A DNA stretch of 64,000 nucleotides from an uncultured Candidatus Saccharibacteria bacterium (GCA_964440955.1 CAYTTP010000001.1:14388-78387), one strand, 5' to 3'. Positions 1-9,519 are shown, numbered from the stretch's first letter. Notes: generated by a model from the sequence alone, not told the origin. Numbers and translations: made by a program.

Positions 1-997
1 GAGTCAAAATATTTGGTATCTCTTCATGGTCAGCAAGAGCGGCTGATAGAGCTTTGCCCGATTTCACTTCAAAAAGAGATCTTTCCAAAAGTTCGCGATA
101 AATTTGGTTATCAATGATCGAAGCAGTTACTTCAATCGCTCGCAACATTGGAATACCAGAGAGCACCATTGTACTCATGTTGTCAGAAAAACGTGAGAGA
201 TAGAGTTTGCGATAAAGGTCGCCAACGTAAGGTATATGCAAGCGAAAATCGGAGATCCAACGCTTCCCTTCTTCGGTCGAACCATACCAAATAAGAGCAG
301 TGACCGTACCTAGGACAAAAAGTATGAGTAATATCCAATGGTTCACAAAGAAATCCGAGGTCGACAAGACTATTTTTGTATAAAAAGGTATTTCCTGTCC
401 CGAATCTCGAATGATAACACCGATCTTCGGTACAATAACAGTAAACATAAGTACCATAACCGCAATAAAAGTGAAAATGACGAAGGCTGGGTAAATGAGA
501 GCGTTTTTCGCCTTAGAAGTGACTTCATAGTTTCGATCCATATAATCAGCAAGGTAAGCAAAAGACTGGTCAACATGACCAGACTCTTCACCAGAACGCA
601 CCATGTTTACATAAAAATCTGAAAAGATGCTCGGGTGCTTAGCGAGAGCTTTAGAAATAGTCGAGCCTCCCTGCAAATCGTCAACTATTTGTAGCATATG
701 ATCACGCAAGATAGGGTTTTCGGTTTCAGTACCAATAAGTTTAAAAATCCGTAAAGCTGAGACTTGCGATTGAAACAAAGTAGACATTTGTCTTGAAAGT
801 ATCACAATGTCTTTATTTGAAACTCGATTCAAAAAAGGGATCTTTCTCAAAATATCATCATCGCCCTTACCTTTGATATATGACACGATAAGACCTCGAC
901 GTTGAAGCAAGGTCACGGCCATATCCTCACTTAGGGCTTCAATTTGACCCTCTTCCCTTTTGCCGTCTTTGTTGACTGTTTTATAATTGAAAATCAT
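1..997 (-). CDS. pilC: type IV pilus platform protein PilC/GspF; the C-terminus runs off the window start
   Basis: Translating the minus strand from the ATG at 995-997 gives MIFNYKTVNKDGKREEGQIEAL...SGIPMLRAIEVTAS..., a GspF-like repeat architecture. It is absent from the ORF track because it is open at the window edge. It lies downstream of pilB and pilT. Confidence 0.8.
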   Translation of the reverse strand, partial: MIFNYKTVNKDGKREEGQIEALSEDMAVTLLQRRGLIVSYIKGKGDDDILRKIPFLNRVSNKDIVILSRQMSTLFQSQVSALRIFKLIGTETENPILRDHMLQIVDDLQGGSTISKALAKHPSIFSDFYVNMVRSGEESGHVDQSFAYLADYMDRNYEVTSKAKNALIYPAFVIFTFIAVMVLMFTVIVPKIGVIIRDSGQEIPFYTKIVLSTSDFFVNHWILLILFVLGTVTALIWYGSTEEGKRWISDFRLHIPYVGDLYRKLYLSRFSDNMSTMVLSGIPMLRAIEVTASIIDNQIYRELLERSLFEVKSGKALSAALADHEEIPNILT

Positions 998-1006
998 TTT
1001 TTAATT

Positions 1007-2056
1007 TTAAAGCATCCTTTCAAGTGAGCGCGGGTTGCTCGAATACATATAAGCATCCTCGATCTTTATTTCCCCTTTGTTAACCTTCTCGACCAAACAT
1101 CTGTTGAAATCGATCATCCCCTCACTCGAGCTAGTTTCGATAACCATATTTAGCTCGTGAGTTCGTTTTTCACGGATCAGGTTTGAAACAGCAGAGTTAT
1201 TGAGCAAAAGCTCATAACAAGGCACCAAACCACCTGAGACTTTAGGGATAAGCCTTTGTGAAAAAATACCAGATAGCGAAGCGGCAAGCTGCATGCGCAC
1301 CTGGTTTTGTTGGTTAGCATCAAAAGAGTCTATGATACGATCAACAGTTTGAGCGGCATTGTTGGTGTGCAAAGTCGAAAAAACAAGGTGGCCGGTTTCC
1401 GCAGCGGAGACAGCAGTGATCATTGTGTCCGGATCACGCATTTCACCGACCATGATTACATTCATATCCTCACGAAAACAGTCGTGTAAGGCTTCAGCAA
1501 ACCCTGGCGTATCGAGACCGACTTCGCGTTGGTGAATAACCGACTGCTTAGGGACAAAAAGGTGCTCGATCGGATCTTCGATTGTGATGATATTTTCGAC
1601 TCTCTCTTGGTTGATGATTTCGATCATCGAAGCCAATGTCGTTGATTTGCCGTGACCAGTAGGCCCCACTACCAAAAAGAACCCTGAACGAAGGCGGGCA
1701 AAATTAGCAAGAGATTCAGGTAGCCCAAGGTCCGAGAGAGTTGGCATTTGCTTAGGCACATGTCTGAAAGTGACACAAATCCTCTCTCGCTCAATGAAAG
1801 CATGGGCTCTAAACCTTTCCTGCTTGTGGCTATAAGCAAAGTCAGCACTTTGTTTTTGTTTGAAAGTAGCCTTTTTAAAATCGGAAAGTACGCTCTCGAG
1901 GATCTTTTCCATCATCACTCGCGAGAAGGCTTTGTATTTTGAAAGAGGCACCAATTGTCGAGAGACGCGCAGATAAGGCACCCGATCCTCCGAAATATGG
2001 AGGTCAGAAGCCCCTTCTCTTATCACCAAGTCAAACAATGTTGCTAAGTCTTCCAT
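1007..2056 (-). CDS. pilT: twitching-motility ATPase PilT (pilus retraction)
   Basis: 349 aa. It has a Walker A GPTGHGKST and the HLVFSTLHTNNA motif typical of PilT/PilU. Confidence 0.85.
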   Translation of the reverse strand: MEDLATLFDLVIREGASDLHISEDRVPYLRVSRQLVPLSKYKAFSRVMMEKILESVLSDFKKATFKQKQSADFAYSHKQERFRAHAFIERERICVTFRHVPKQMPTLSDLGLPESLANFARLRSGFFLVVGPTGHGKSTTLASMIEIINQERVENIITIEDPIEHLFVPKQSVIHQREVGLDTPGFAEALHDCFREDMNVIMVGEMRDPDTMITAVSAAETGHLVFSTLHTNNAAQTVDRIIDSFDANQQNQVRMQLAASLSGIFSQRLIPKVSGGLVPCYELLLNNSAVSNLIREKRTHELNMVIETSSSEGMIDFNRCLVEKVNKGEIKIEDAYMYSSNPRSLERML

Positions 2057-2109
2057 TTTTTAAATTATTTATTAAATTATATCGTGCTTTGTTCAAACTG
2101 TGCAAACAC

Positions 2110-3885
2110 CTATAGCGAATTATACTCCTCAAACGGAATCACTCGCTCAAAAACCTTGAGCAGAGCGTCGTCTTTCATGGTAAGCATTCCCTTTGCCCTT
2201 GCGCTCTTCCATATTTCCTGTTCAGTCGGGTTTTTCAAAATTATTTGACGAAGCTCATCATCCATCTCAAGCACTTCCATGACCGCGACCCGCCCCTTCA
2301 CTCCACTAGGACAATTTGGACCAGGCGCGATTTCATAAACTTCCTTACCAATTGTAATTTCTTTTTTGTATTTTTCTGGCAAGTCGTTAAACTGTTCTTC
2401 GATCATCATTTTCAAGCTTGCATCGACTGGTATCGGCTTGCCTGCCCCTGGACAAAAAGTCCTTGCAAGTCTTTGTGCCATCGCAAGTACCAAAGTCGGA
2501 GCAATGAGATATGGGTCAACACCCATATCAATAAGCCTAGGGACAACTCCAATAGCATTGTTGGTGTGAATAGTTGAAAACACCAAGTGACCAGTAAGGG
2601 CCGCTTGAATAGCGAGCTGGGCAGTTTCTTTGTCACGGATCTCACCTACCATTATAATGTCCGGATCTTGACGAAGAGTGGTACGCAAACCGGAAGCAAA
2701 GGTGTAACCAATTTCTGGCCGAACTTGCGACTGACTCATCCCCTCCATATTGTATTCAATCGGATCCTCAAGAGAGAGTACGTTTTTCGTATCTTTATCA
2801 ACCTCGTTTAACATCGAATAAAGAGTGGTTGACTTTCCACTACCAGTCGGACCAGAAATCAAAATGAGTCCATAAGGTTGATTGATGGCGTTCATTATTT
2901 TTTCCAAATTCCTTTTCGATAAACCCAATTCGGAAAGTTTTTTGATACCCTTTTCCTGATCAAGAATACGGATCACCACCTTCTCTCCAAAATAAGTTGG
3001 AAAAGTCGAAACACGAAAATCGACTTTTCGCTCATTCAACTTTGCACTAAAGCGACCGTCTTGCGGCTTTCTTTTTTCGTCTAGGCGCATATTGGACATT
3101 ATTTTTATTCGCGCCACAACCGCAGAATGTACTCTGGCCGGCAAGACAAGTGAAGTGTTCATGATACCATCCACCCGAAACCTCACCCTCACGCTCGAAA
3201 CAGTCGGCTCGATGTGAATGTCGGAAGCTCTGCCATCGATCGCGTAGCGAAGCATGGTCGCCACTATTTTGGTCACCGGAGCGTTTTCCATCACTTTCAC
3301 ACCACTGCCATCCCCACTCTCGACCGAAGCGGACAGGTCATTCACCTCTTCCTCCTCAGTCAATGTTTCTTTCTTTTCCTTATTTTTATCGTCTTCACTC
3401 TCATTCTCTTGGGTGACAAGTTCGGTTTCGAGTTCTGAAAGCACTTTGGTCACCTCTCCTGACAAACCCTTGTAAAGTCTTATGACTTTTTCAAAGTCCT
3501 CATCTGAAATCAAAAAAAGCTTAAACGGCAAATTTACTTTGGAAGAAATAAAGTTGAGCGCGTCCCGTGCTGGTATGTTATCCGGATCGACGACTCCGAC
3601 CTCAAGCACTCCGTCTACAAGCGCAAGTGGTACGAAATGATAATAAGTTGCCGACTCTTCCGGTATATATTCGAGCACCTTACCTGTCACTGACGATACA
3701 TCAACCTCTCTGGTCGGCACACCATAATATTCTGATTTGGCAGCTAAAACATCACCTTCAGAAACACCCATCTCCAAAAGTATTTGATCAATATTTTGTC
3801 TGGAAGATTCAGCTTTGTCACGAATAGCCGCGACCTCACTTGCTTCGATCAGCCCCTTTTTTGCCAAAATGTCCAGTATGCTCAT
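2110..3885 (-). CDS. pilB: type IV pilus assembly ATPase PilB/GspE
   Basis: 591 aa. It has an N-terminal GspII-like domain, an acidic linker, a Walker A GPTGSGKSTTLYSML and a VFSTIHTNNA motif. Confidence 0.85.
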   Translation of the reverse strand: MSILDILAKKGLIEASEVAAIRDKAESSRQNIDQILLEMGVSEGDVLAAKSEYYGVPTREVDVSSVTGKVLEYIPEESATYYHFVPLALVDGVLEVGVVDPDNIPARDALNFISSKVNLPFKLFLISDEDFEKVIRLYKGLSGEVTKVLSELETELVTQENESEDDKNKEKKETLTEEEEVNDLSASVESGDGSGVKVMENAPVTKIVATMLRYAIDGRASDIHIEPTVSSVRVRFRVDGIMNTSLVLPARVHSAVVARIKIMSNMRLDEKRKPQDGRFSAKLNERKVDFRVSTFPTYFGEKVVIRILDQEKGIKKLSELGLSKRNLEKIMNAINQPYGLILISGPTGSGKSTTLYSMLNEVDKDTKNVLSLEDPIEYNMEGMSQSQVRPEIGYTFASGLRTTLRQDPDIIMVGEIRDKETAQLAIQAALTGHLVFSTIHTNNAIGVVPRLIDMGVDPYLIAPTLVLAMAQRLARTFCPGAGKPIPVDASLKMMIEEQFNDLPEKYKKEITIGKEVYEIAPGPNCPSGVKGRVAVMEVLEMDDELRQIILKNPTEQEIWKSARAKGMLTMKDDALLKVFERVIPFEEYNSL

Positions 3886-3897
3886 ACATCTTTTTTA

Positions 3898-4185
3898 TTA
3901 AAGAGAGAAAGGATTTCTCTTTCCGATCAAATCCGAAATAAGCGGCGAAGCAATACTTTTGAGTGATTGAAATTTACCGTCTTCAATCACGGTGGTGTCA
4001 AAGTTTATTGCTTCGACTTGGTTGACCAAAAGGTCAATCGAAGAAGTATCTAGCGGCTCTGCAAAAACCACTTCGTCCGAACTACCACCAAAATTCAATT
4101 TTAATACGACTCCAATAAGGAGAACGAGGACTATCATCAATATTTTTGTTCGATTATTCATGTTTTTATAACCAATATGTTTCAA
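3898..4185 (-). CDS. small membrane-anchored protein in the pilus operon (PilP-like, uncertain)
   Basis: 95 aa with a single N-terminal TM helix. It is wedged between pilO and pilB. Confidence 0.35.
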   Translation of the reverse strand: MKHIGYKNMNNRTKILMIVLVLLIGVVLKLNFGGSSDEVVFAEPLDTSSIDLLVNQVEAINFDTTVIEDGKFQSLKSIASPLISDLIGKRNPFSL

Positions 4186-4705
4186 ACTCTACTGTATACT
4201 CATAAGTATTGTTTTGCTTTGGTGTGATATTTAGAGAGCGAATGTCAAGGATCCTTAAACTTTTTTCAAGCTCTTCCATAAACGAAAGGAAAGATTCGTA
4301 GGAAGTGGTGAAGTTGAAACCAATAAGCCCAGAATGAAAACCTTTTTGATTTGCTGAATCACCTATGGTTTGACCATTTGAAGCTGAAATTTCCTGTTCG
4401 GAAACCCTCTGAATCACGATGCCGTATTTTTTGCCGATCGCCTCCACATCGGCGGTGAGCCTTACAAAATCAAATGAATCAGGCAAGATAGTATCGATGT
4501 CTTGTTTATTTTTATCAGAAAGAGCTGAAAATTGAGCTGCTAGTTGCTGCTTCTTTTCTTCTATTTGATTGATAGTTTCAAGCGAAGCTTCTCGTGCACT
4601 TTTTTCATCCTGTAAGACCTTCATGTCGTTATACATTGGATACGAAAACAAATAACCGACGATCACCGTCATCAACAATATTGATATTTGAGATACGCTG
4701 TTCAT
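4166..4705 (-). CDS. pilO: PilO-like inner-membrane pilus alignment protein
   Basis: One N-terminal TM helix, then a coiled coil and a periplasmic domain. The likely start is MNSVSQ; the longer track ORF overlaps pilN. Confidence 0.55.
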   Translation of the reverse strand: MNSVSQISILLMTVIVGYLFSYPMYNDMKVLQDEKSAREASLETINQIEEKKQQLAAQFSALSDKNKQDIDTILPDSFDFVRLTADVEAIGKKYGIVIQRVSEQEISASNGQTIGDSANQKGFHSGLIGFNFTTSYESFLSFMEELEKSLRILDIRSLNITPKQNNTYEYTVEFETYWL

Positions 4706-4709
4706 GTTT

Positions 4710-5396
4710 TTATAAATCTTCAAATGAAATATCCCCCACTTCCAAATCAATCGGTGCTAAATCATCTTCCAAGGAAGTCGATGTTGCGGTAGAGGTAGAA
4801 ACCCGAAGCGGCACCGAAACTGAAATCGGCGGGTCATAACGAAGAGCACCAGCCTCAACTGTAATAACCGCATCAAAACTTATACTTCCCTTTTCTGAAA
4901 GAGTAAGATTAGAAAAACTAATAGACTGGAAACTTTTTTCGTTTTTCAAAGCATTCTCCTGCAAAGCAACTGCCGCATAGCTTGGTGCCGACCCCTTAAC
5001 ATTCATTCGAAATGTATTTAGATCAGAATCAAAGACAAAACTGTTCCAATTGACACTACGCACCGTTGAGGAGGAGAGCGCCTCAATAGCATTTGAAGCA
5101 ACAAGATGGTTTTGGACGATTCCGCGAGCGATCGAAAGTTTGCGGCTAAAATCGTACATCCTTTTTATGCTCTTGCTATCAATATTTTTTTCAGCTTCGA
5201 CTAGTTGAGACTTAAGCGATTCGATATTGCCTTCTAGCATTTTTTTATACATATATAGACCGGCAGTCATTATCAAGACCAAAATAAAAAAGATCACTAT
5301 CAAAGTCGAAAAAATACTACCCTTCTTTTTTTGAAATGGTTCACTGCTGGTCACTGGACCTTTGGGTATGAAAGAAGATTGAAAATTTGGACCCAT
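4710..5396 (-). CDS. pilN: PilN-like inner-membrane pilus alignment protein
   Basis: 228 aa with an N-terminal TM helix, a coiled coil and a Ser/Thr-rich tail. It sits between the pilM-side insert and pilO. Confidence 0.55.
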   Translation of the reverse strand: MGPNFQSSFIPKGPVTSSEPFQKKKGSIFSTLIVIFFILVLIMTAGLYMYKKMLEGNIESLKSQLVEAEKNIDSKSIKRMYDFSRKLSIARGIVQNHLVASNAIEALSSSTVRSVNWNSFVFDSDLNTFRMNVKGSAPSYAAVALQENALKNEKSFQSISFSNLTLSEKGSISFDAVITVEAGALRYDPPISVSVPLRVSTSTATSTSLEDDLAPIDLEVGDISFEDL

Positions 5397-5408
5397 AGTT
5401 TCCCTCTC

Positions 5409-5439
5409 ATTATACTAAAGAGAAAACAATAGTGTTCAA
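5409..5439 (-). promoter_or_regulatory. sigma70-like promoter plus SD for pilN
   Basis: On the minus strand: TTGAAC(A), an 18-19 nt spacer, TATAAT, then GAGAGGGAAA and ATG. Confidence 0.45.
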
Positions 5440-5456
5440 AAAATGTGTGAATTACA

Positions 5457-5729
5457 CTACATCAATCTTTTTAATTTACGGTACACTTCATCGTCATTTC
5501 TTTTACCAATTAAAAATATAAGGACTTCCGAATCTGAAAATGAATATATTATCCTATACTCACCACTATCAACTCGAAAATACCCGATAAACCCAGTCAT
5601 GGCCTTGCTATCAGGAGGCAATGGATCATTTCCAAGACTAATAGATTTTTTAACTACTTGCTTTTGATGTTTCGTAGGAAGTTTGGAAACAAATTTCTTT
5701 GAAAGTTTTGAAAATCTTATGTTAAGCAT
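5457..5729 (-). CDS. relE: RelE/ParE-family type II toxin
   Basis: 90 aa. The C-terminal ...YRIIYSF...EVLIFLIGKRND...Y pattern is typical of RelE/StbE. It overlaps the upstream antitoxin by 8 nt. Confidence 0.7.
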   Translation of the reverse strand: MLNIRFSKLSKKFVSKLPTKHQKQVVKKSISLGNDPLPPDSKAMTGFIGYFRVDSGEYRIIYSFSDSEVLIFLIGKRNDDEVYRKLKRLM

Positions 5730-5985
5730 TTAGCACAGAATCTATAAATTTTTTGCTTTCAGCGACTCCCAGAAAACCACTTTTTATAGCTTGCTTAGCT
5801 TTTCGTCCCCAATACATGTCAATAATCTTTTCAAAATCCTCGTAACGAGAATAATCTTCTTTTGAAATAAGTACGGCGACCTCACGTCCATTTTTCTTTA
5901 TACCAACAGGAAAGCGGCGGGCTTCATCCAAAAGCCTACCGAAGTTATTTTTTGCTTCCTTTGCTGTAAATATTGTTTTAGCCAT
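5722..5985 (-). CDS. phd: Phd/YefM-family antitoxin
   Basis: MAKTIFTAKEAKNNFGRLLDEA... is the Phd/YefM N-terminal signature. The track ORF extends to 6012 but an internal start fits better. Confidence 0.7.
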   Translation of the reverse strand: MAKTIFTAKEAKNNFGRLLDEARRFPVGIKKNGREVAVLISKEDYSRYEDFEKIIDMYWGRKAKQAIKSGFLGVAESKKFIDSVLNA

Positions 5986-6100
5986 AATAGCTATTATAGC
6001 CAAAGTAGCCACTTTGTCAAATAGATCGTAAATAAAAGACCACCCGTTTCCGAGCGATCGCGTTCACCTCCTTTCTGGTGATTGGTTGAGTTATGTGTAG

Positions 6101-6330
6101 TGTCGAGACTCCGGCAAGACTACCTTGTGATACAGAAACATCCCGAGGATGGATCCGAACAACAAAGTCATCACACCGCAGGAGAACCCGAACCAGATGA
6201 TTGCGATGTTCACGGCCTCGAATACCGGATCGACGTTGCCCACAACTACACATGCGGCTACGGCGATCGAAAAGAGGATGATGGTTATCCCATATCCGAT
6301 AGGTCAAATGACTCTCAAAAACAATCTCAT
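6101..6330 (-). other. small hydrophobic ORF (about 2 TM helices) with an SD and ATG, interrupted by an in-frame TGA after codon 8
   Basis: AGGAGA-N6-ATG MRLFLRVI, then TGA, then PIGYGITIILFSIAVAACVVVGNVDPVFEAVNIAIIWFGFSCGVMTLLFGSILGMFLYHKVVLPESRHYT. The region is GC-rich. Confidence 0.3.
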
Positions 6331-6454
6331 ATTTTTCTCCTAAAGAACTTGGATTTTACTCCCACCGCAGGAAACTTTTTCAAATTCTCTCTGGTAGAAG
6401 TCCGAGGTGTATTCACTCGGACACCGGTTCGTCACCGGATTTTATACTGGCGGG

Positions 6455-7342
6455 CTACTGGGCCTTCTCCACGCGTTTCCACATGGGGACGTAGTGAACG
6501 TCCGGATCAGCAACGTCGAGTTCGGGGTGGGGCTTCACGGTCCACACACCAGGTTTGCAGTAGATCGAAAGCTCGGTAGAGCCTTTACCTACATTCACCC
6601 GGATAGAACCGCAGCCTTCGCGTGTATACCCCTTCCGTTCCGCTTCTCTCTCGCCGTTGCCTTGAAAGACATTCAGCTTGAAATGTTCGGGACGAGCGAA
6701 GGAGAACTTGAACTCCTGCGACTTGGTCACGATCAATCCGGTTTTGTTTTCCAGATTGAACAATACGACCGAGTTCACTTCAGAGACAAGTGTGTTCGCA
6801 CGAGTTTGGCCGAAAAGCGCGTTGAACGCTTTCACACCATCACCCGCTTTCCACTCGAAGTTGTGGTCGTGAGATTCAATCGCTTGAACCTGCGCGACTA
6901 CCGGATATTCAGCGAGTAGCTTGGATTCGCGCTCGATCTTCTTGTCGATGTCGAGCACGCGCTCACCGGTTTTCCGAAGTAAGTTCCGTAATTTACGGAA
7001 TCCTTCGGCCTCAGCGAACATATTGATGGCGAGATGCGAGAAGCTCGGCATGATGCGTTCGGTGTTGCCGAACCCACCTTCAAGCCACTTGCATTCAATT
7101 TCAGCGGCAGCGAGAGCGTTGATCACATCTTCTCCAAAAACTGGAAAGTGGTGATCGGATTCGTGACAGTCGCCGACAATGATGACCTTGGTTTTTCCAG
7201 TGGCTTTCACCTCCTGGATCAACAGGTTCATGTCTACGACGGCCGGGCAGAAATTGCCGGCGATAACGACGCAATCCTCGGCTACCTTCATGTCCAACTC
7301 GTAGCCATTCTTCGGGTCCTGGGTGAACGTAACTTTCTTCAT
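6455..7342 (-). CDS. hypothetical protein; possibly a metal-dependent hydrolase (GDCHESDHH motif). GC-rich and likely horizontally acquired
   Basis: 295 aa ORF preceded by a GGAGA SD. GC content is well above the surrounding sequence. I cannot place it in a family confidently. Confidence 0.5.
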   Translation of the reverse strand: MKKVTFTQDPKNGYELDMKVAEDCVVIAGNFCPAVVDMNLLIQEVKATGKTKVIIVGDCHESDHHFPVFGEDVINALAAAEIECKWLEGGFGNTERIMPSFSHLAINMFAEAEGFRKLRNLLRKTGERVLDIDKKIERESKLLAEYPVVAQVQAIESHDHNFEWKAGDGVKAFNALFGQTRANTLVSEVNSVVLFNLENKTGLIVTKSQEFKFSFARPEHFKLNVFQGNGEREAERKGYTREGCGSIRVNVGKGSTELSIYCKPGVWTVKPHPELDVADPDVHYVPMWKRVEKAQ

Positions 7343-7435
7343 TGTCTTTCTCCTTCTGGGGTTGCCAGTATGTGATTTTCAAGTAGGGTTGGGGCTACCA
7401 ACCGCTTGTACATAGGGTTTAACCTATCTGGATAT

Positions 7436-7464
7436 ATTATAGCAAATTATACCTTATTTGTCAA
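7436..7464 (-). promoter_or_regulatory. consensus sigma70 promoter (TTGACA-17-TATAAT) driving the inserted GC-rich gene
   Basis: On the minus strand: TTGACAaataaggtataatttgcTATAAT. A second TTGACAAAT repeat lies 20 nt upstream. Confidence 0.5.
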
Positions 7465-7541
7465 TTATTTTTTAGATTTGTCAAACAAGTCCTAATAAGC
7501 CTATTTGTAATGGGTTTTTTAAATTATCGTTAGAGCAAAAT

Positions 7542-8633
7542 CTACAACTCCCCCAGTGCTCGGAGGGCACAGCCAACGGCGACTGTAAATTCGGGGCCAG
7601 TCACTTTCAAAACATTTTCCAAGAAAGCAGGAGTTTCTACTTTTTCAAATGGGTTACCTGACACCACTTCAACTTTAAAATTAGAGGCCGCGAGTTCACG
7701 TAAGCCCCGCAAAGCTGACCCGCCACCAGTCAAAAATACCGAGCGAATATTTTCGTTACGCTTTTTTTGAAAAGTAAATAGAAAACGATTGGCTTCAGCA
7801 AATATCTCGGCGGCAATCACACTTGCTGCTTCGCTCAAATCAACCCCTTCAGGTGTTCGCCCCATGCCGATGTTTCGCTTCAATACTTCTGCTTCTTCAG
7901 TAGAGACATTCAAAAGCCGTGCAATATTGGCTGTAATATCTTGCGAGCCTCGGTTTACCGTATGGGAATGGTGAACAAGCCCACGCTCGACAATATAGAG
8001 TTTGGTAGTTGAAGCCCCCATGTCAAAAATCATAAGCGGTCCCTTTACTCCCTCAAGCACTGCTCTCATCGAACTAAAAACCTCGATCTCAAAAAATTTG
8101 GCGTCGATACCAGTTTTGTCCACTATTTCTTTGTATTGATTGATGATGTTGTTGTGGATAGCAACAAGAAGGACATCGAGTGTTTTGGGCTTCATTTCAC
8201 TGTCATCATCAGACTCTATTTTAGGTACGATTGACCAATCAAGAGTCACATCAGAAATCGGCACGGGGATATATTTTCGCGCTTCAATCGGCACTAGGCT
8301 TGCAAGCTCTTTCTCGGTCATTTTTGGTACTTCTATAACCGACATCAAACTCGCTCTGAAAGGTATGGCGAGTCCGGCAATATGAGTACTTAATCCAACC
8401 TCTTTTTCTGCTAGCAAATCACCTATCGCTTGAATTATTTTTTCTGTCGGCAAATTGGTCGACTGACCAACCGACACCTCAGCATAAGGTCCGAGCGAAA
8501 GCTCCCCATAAGTATTGAGGATGGCTTTGTCCCCTTTCTTTTCGAGTTGCACCACTTTGATTGAAGATGAACCTATGTCTATACCCAAAGCGGAAACACT
8601 TTTCTTTTTGAAGATGTCCGAAAGAAAACTCAT
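7542..8633 (-). CDS. pilM: type IV pilus assembly ATPase-like protein PilM (actin fold)
   Basis: 363 aa. The N-terminal GIDIGSSSIKVVQL and the two actin-like (ASKHA) half-domains are typical of PilM and FtsA. Confidence 0.75.
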   Translation of the reverse strand: MSFLSDIFKKKSVSALGIDIGSSSIKVVQLEKKGDKAILNTYGELSLGPYAEVSVGQSTNLPTEKIIQAIGDLLAEKEVGLSTHIAGLAIPFRASLMSVIEVPKMTEKELASLVPIEARKYIPVPISDVTLDWSIVPKIESDDDSEMKPKTLDVLLVAIHNNIINQYKEIVDKTGIDAKFFEIEVFSSMRAVLEGVKGPLMIFDMGASTTKLYIVERGLVHHSHTVNRGSQDITANIARLLNVSTEEAEVLKRNIGMGRTPEGVDLSEAASVIAAEIFAEANRFLFTFQKKRNENIRSVFLTGGGSALRGLRELAASNFKVEVVSGNPFEKVETPAFLENVLKVTGPEFTVAVGCALRALGEL

Positions 8634-8684
8634 ATTGTATGATTATAACATCCTCATTTCGCTCTAGCTACGAGGTGGCAAGAT

Positions 8685-9341
8685 ATGAAAAACATAATAA
8701 GGAAGACGTGGCACAAAGCAATTCTTATACTTTTAGATATTATAGTCCCGGAAGATGTGCGTCTAAGAAAACTTATCCATACCCCACCCGCACAACTCTA
8801 CTCCCTGCTTCCCAAATCACCAGTAAATCTTGCTGATGCCCAAGTATTGTTCGAATACGGCAACAGCAGTGTCAAATTATTGCTTCATGCTTTCAAATAC
8901 AAAAATCATCCGGAAATAAAAAAACGATTTGCCTCCTACCTCCATGATGAGATCGTAGAAATGATTTCAGAGGTCAAGCTGTGGTATGGCGATGCACCCA
9001 TTATCGTACCAATGCCGATGAGCAAAAATGAGAAAAATAAAAAGGGGTTCAACCAATGCGAAGAACTTATTTTAGAATTAAAAAAGCTCGATCCTACTCT
9101 TGAAGTTTGCTTTGATGCTCTTTCAAAAATTAGAGAAACAAAGCGCCAAGCAACTCTCTCCAAGGAAGAACGCCTAAAAAACGTGGTGCATTCGATGTGC
9201 GCCAATCATCAAAAAGTAAAAGGTAAAAATATCATTGTTCTTGATGATGTTTACACCACCCTCTCTTCATTTACCGAAGCTCGTCGAGCGCTTAACGAAG
9301 CCGGCGCCAAAAAAGTTTTTGGAGTATTTATAGCACACTAA
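8685..9341 (+). CDS. comFC: ComF family phosphoribosyltransferase-domain competence protein
   Basis: The C-terminal IIVLDDVYTTLSSFTEARRALNEAGAKKVFGVFIAH is a PRTase-type motif. It is divergent from pilM. Confidence 0.7.
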   Translation: MKNIIRKTWHKAILILLDIIVPEDVRLRKLIHTPPAQLYSLLPKSPVNLADAQVLFEYGNSSVKLLLHAFKYKNHPEIKKRFASYLHDEIVEMISEVKLWYGDAPIIVPMPMSKNEKNKKGFNQCEELILELKKLDPTLEVCFDALSKIRETKRQATLSKEERLKNVVHSMCANHQKVKGKNIIVLDDVYTTLSSFTEARRALNEAGAKKVFGVFIAH

Positions 9342-9370
9342 GAGTCGTAGTTTGGCTACGACTCTTTTTT
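9341..9370 (+). terminator. rho-independent terminator after comFC
   Basis: Hairpin agagtcgtag/ctacgactct followed by TTTTTT. Confidence 0.6.
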
Positions 9371-9493
9371 GAACTTACTTTTTATTTGCTCCAGATAAGC
9401 GATTATGGCCACGAAAACAAAAAGGCCAATGAGTGAAAGTACAGATACAAATCTTGCCATACTTAACACACCATAACACAAACTAGGCCAAAC

Positions 9494-9519
9494 AAAAAAT
9501 CCGCGGAAGCGGATTTTTT
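9494..9519 (-). terminator. bidirectional hairpin terminator after rplE
   Basis: aaaaaatccgc ggaa gcggatttttt. Confidence 0.6.

Noticed and set aside
2245-3827. Numerous 60-110 aa ORFs antisense to or overlapping pilB, pilT, tuf, secY and other genes
   Set aside because: These are shadow ORFs inside well-supported conserved genes, with no independent signals.
6017-6579. Track ORFs 6017-6307 (-) and 6082-6579 (+), 96 and 165 aa
   Set aside because: Arg and His-rich low-complexity translations in GC-rich DNA. The hydrophobic frame on the minus strand is the only plausible coding frame there.
9356-9460. 34-aa hydrophobic ORF (MARFVSVLSLIGLFVFVAIIAYLEQIKSKFKKES) on the minus strand between comFC and rplE
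   Set aside because: It has no SD, and its 3' end lies inside the comFC terminator hairpin. Not reported as a gene.
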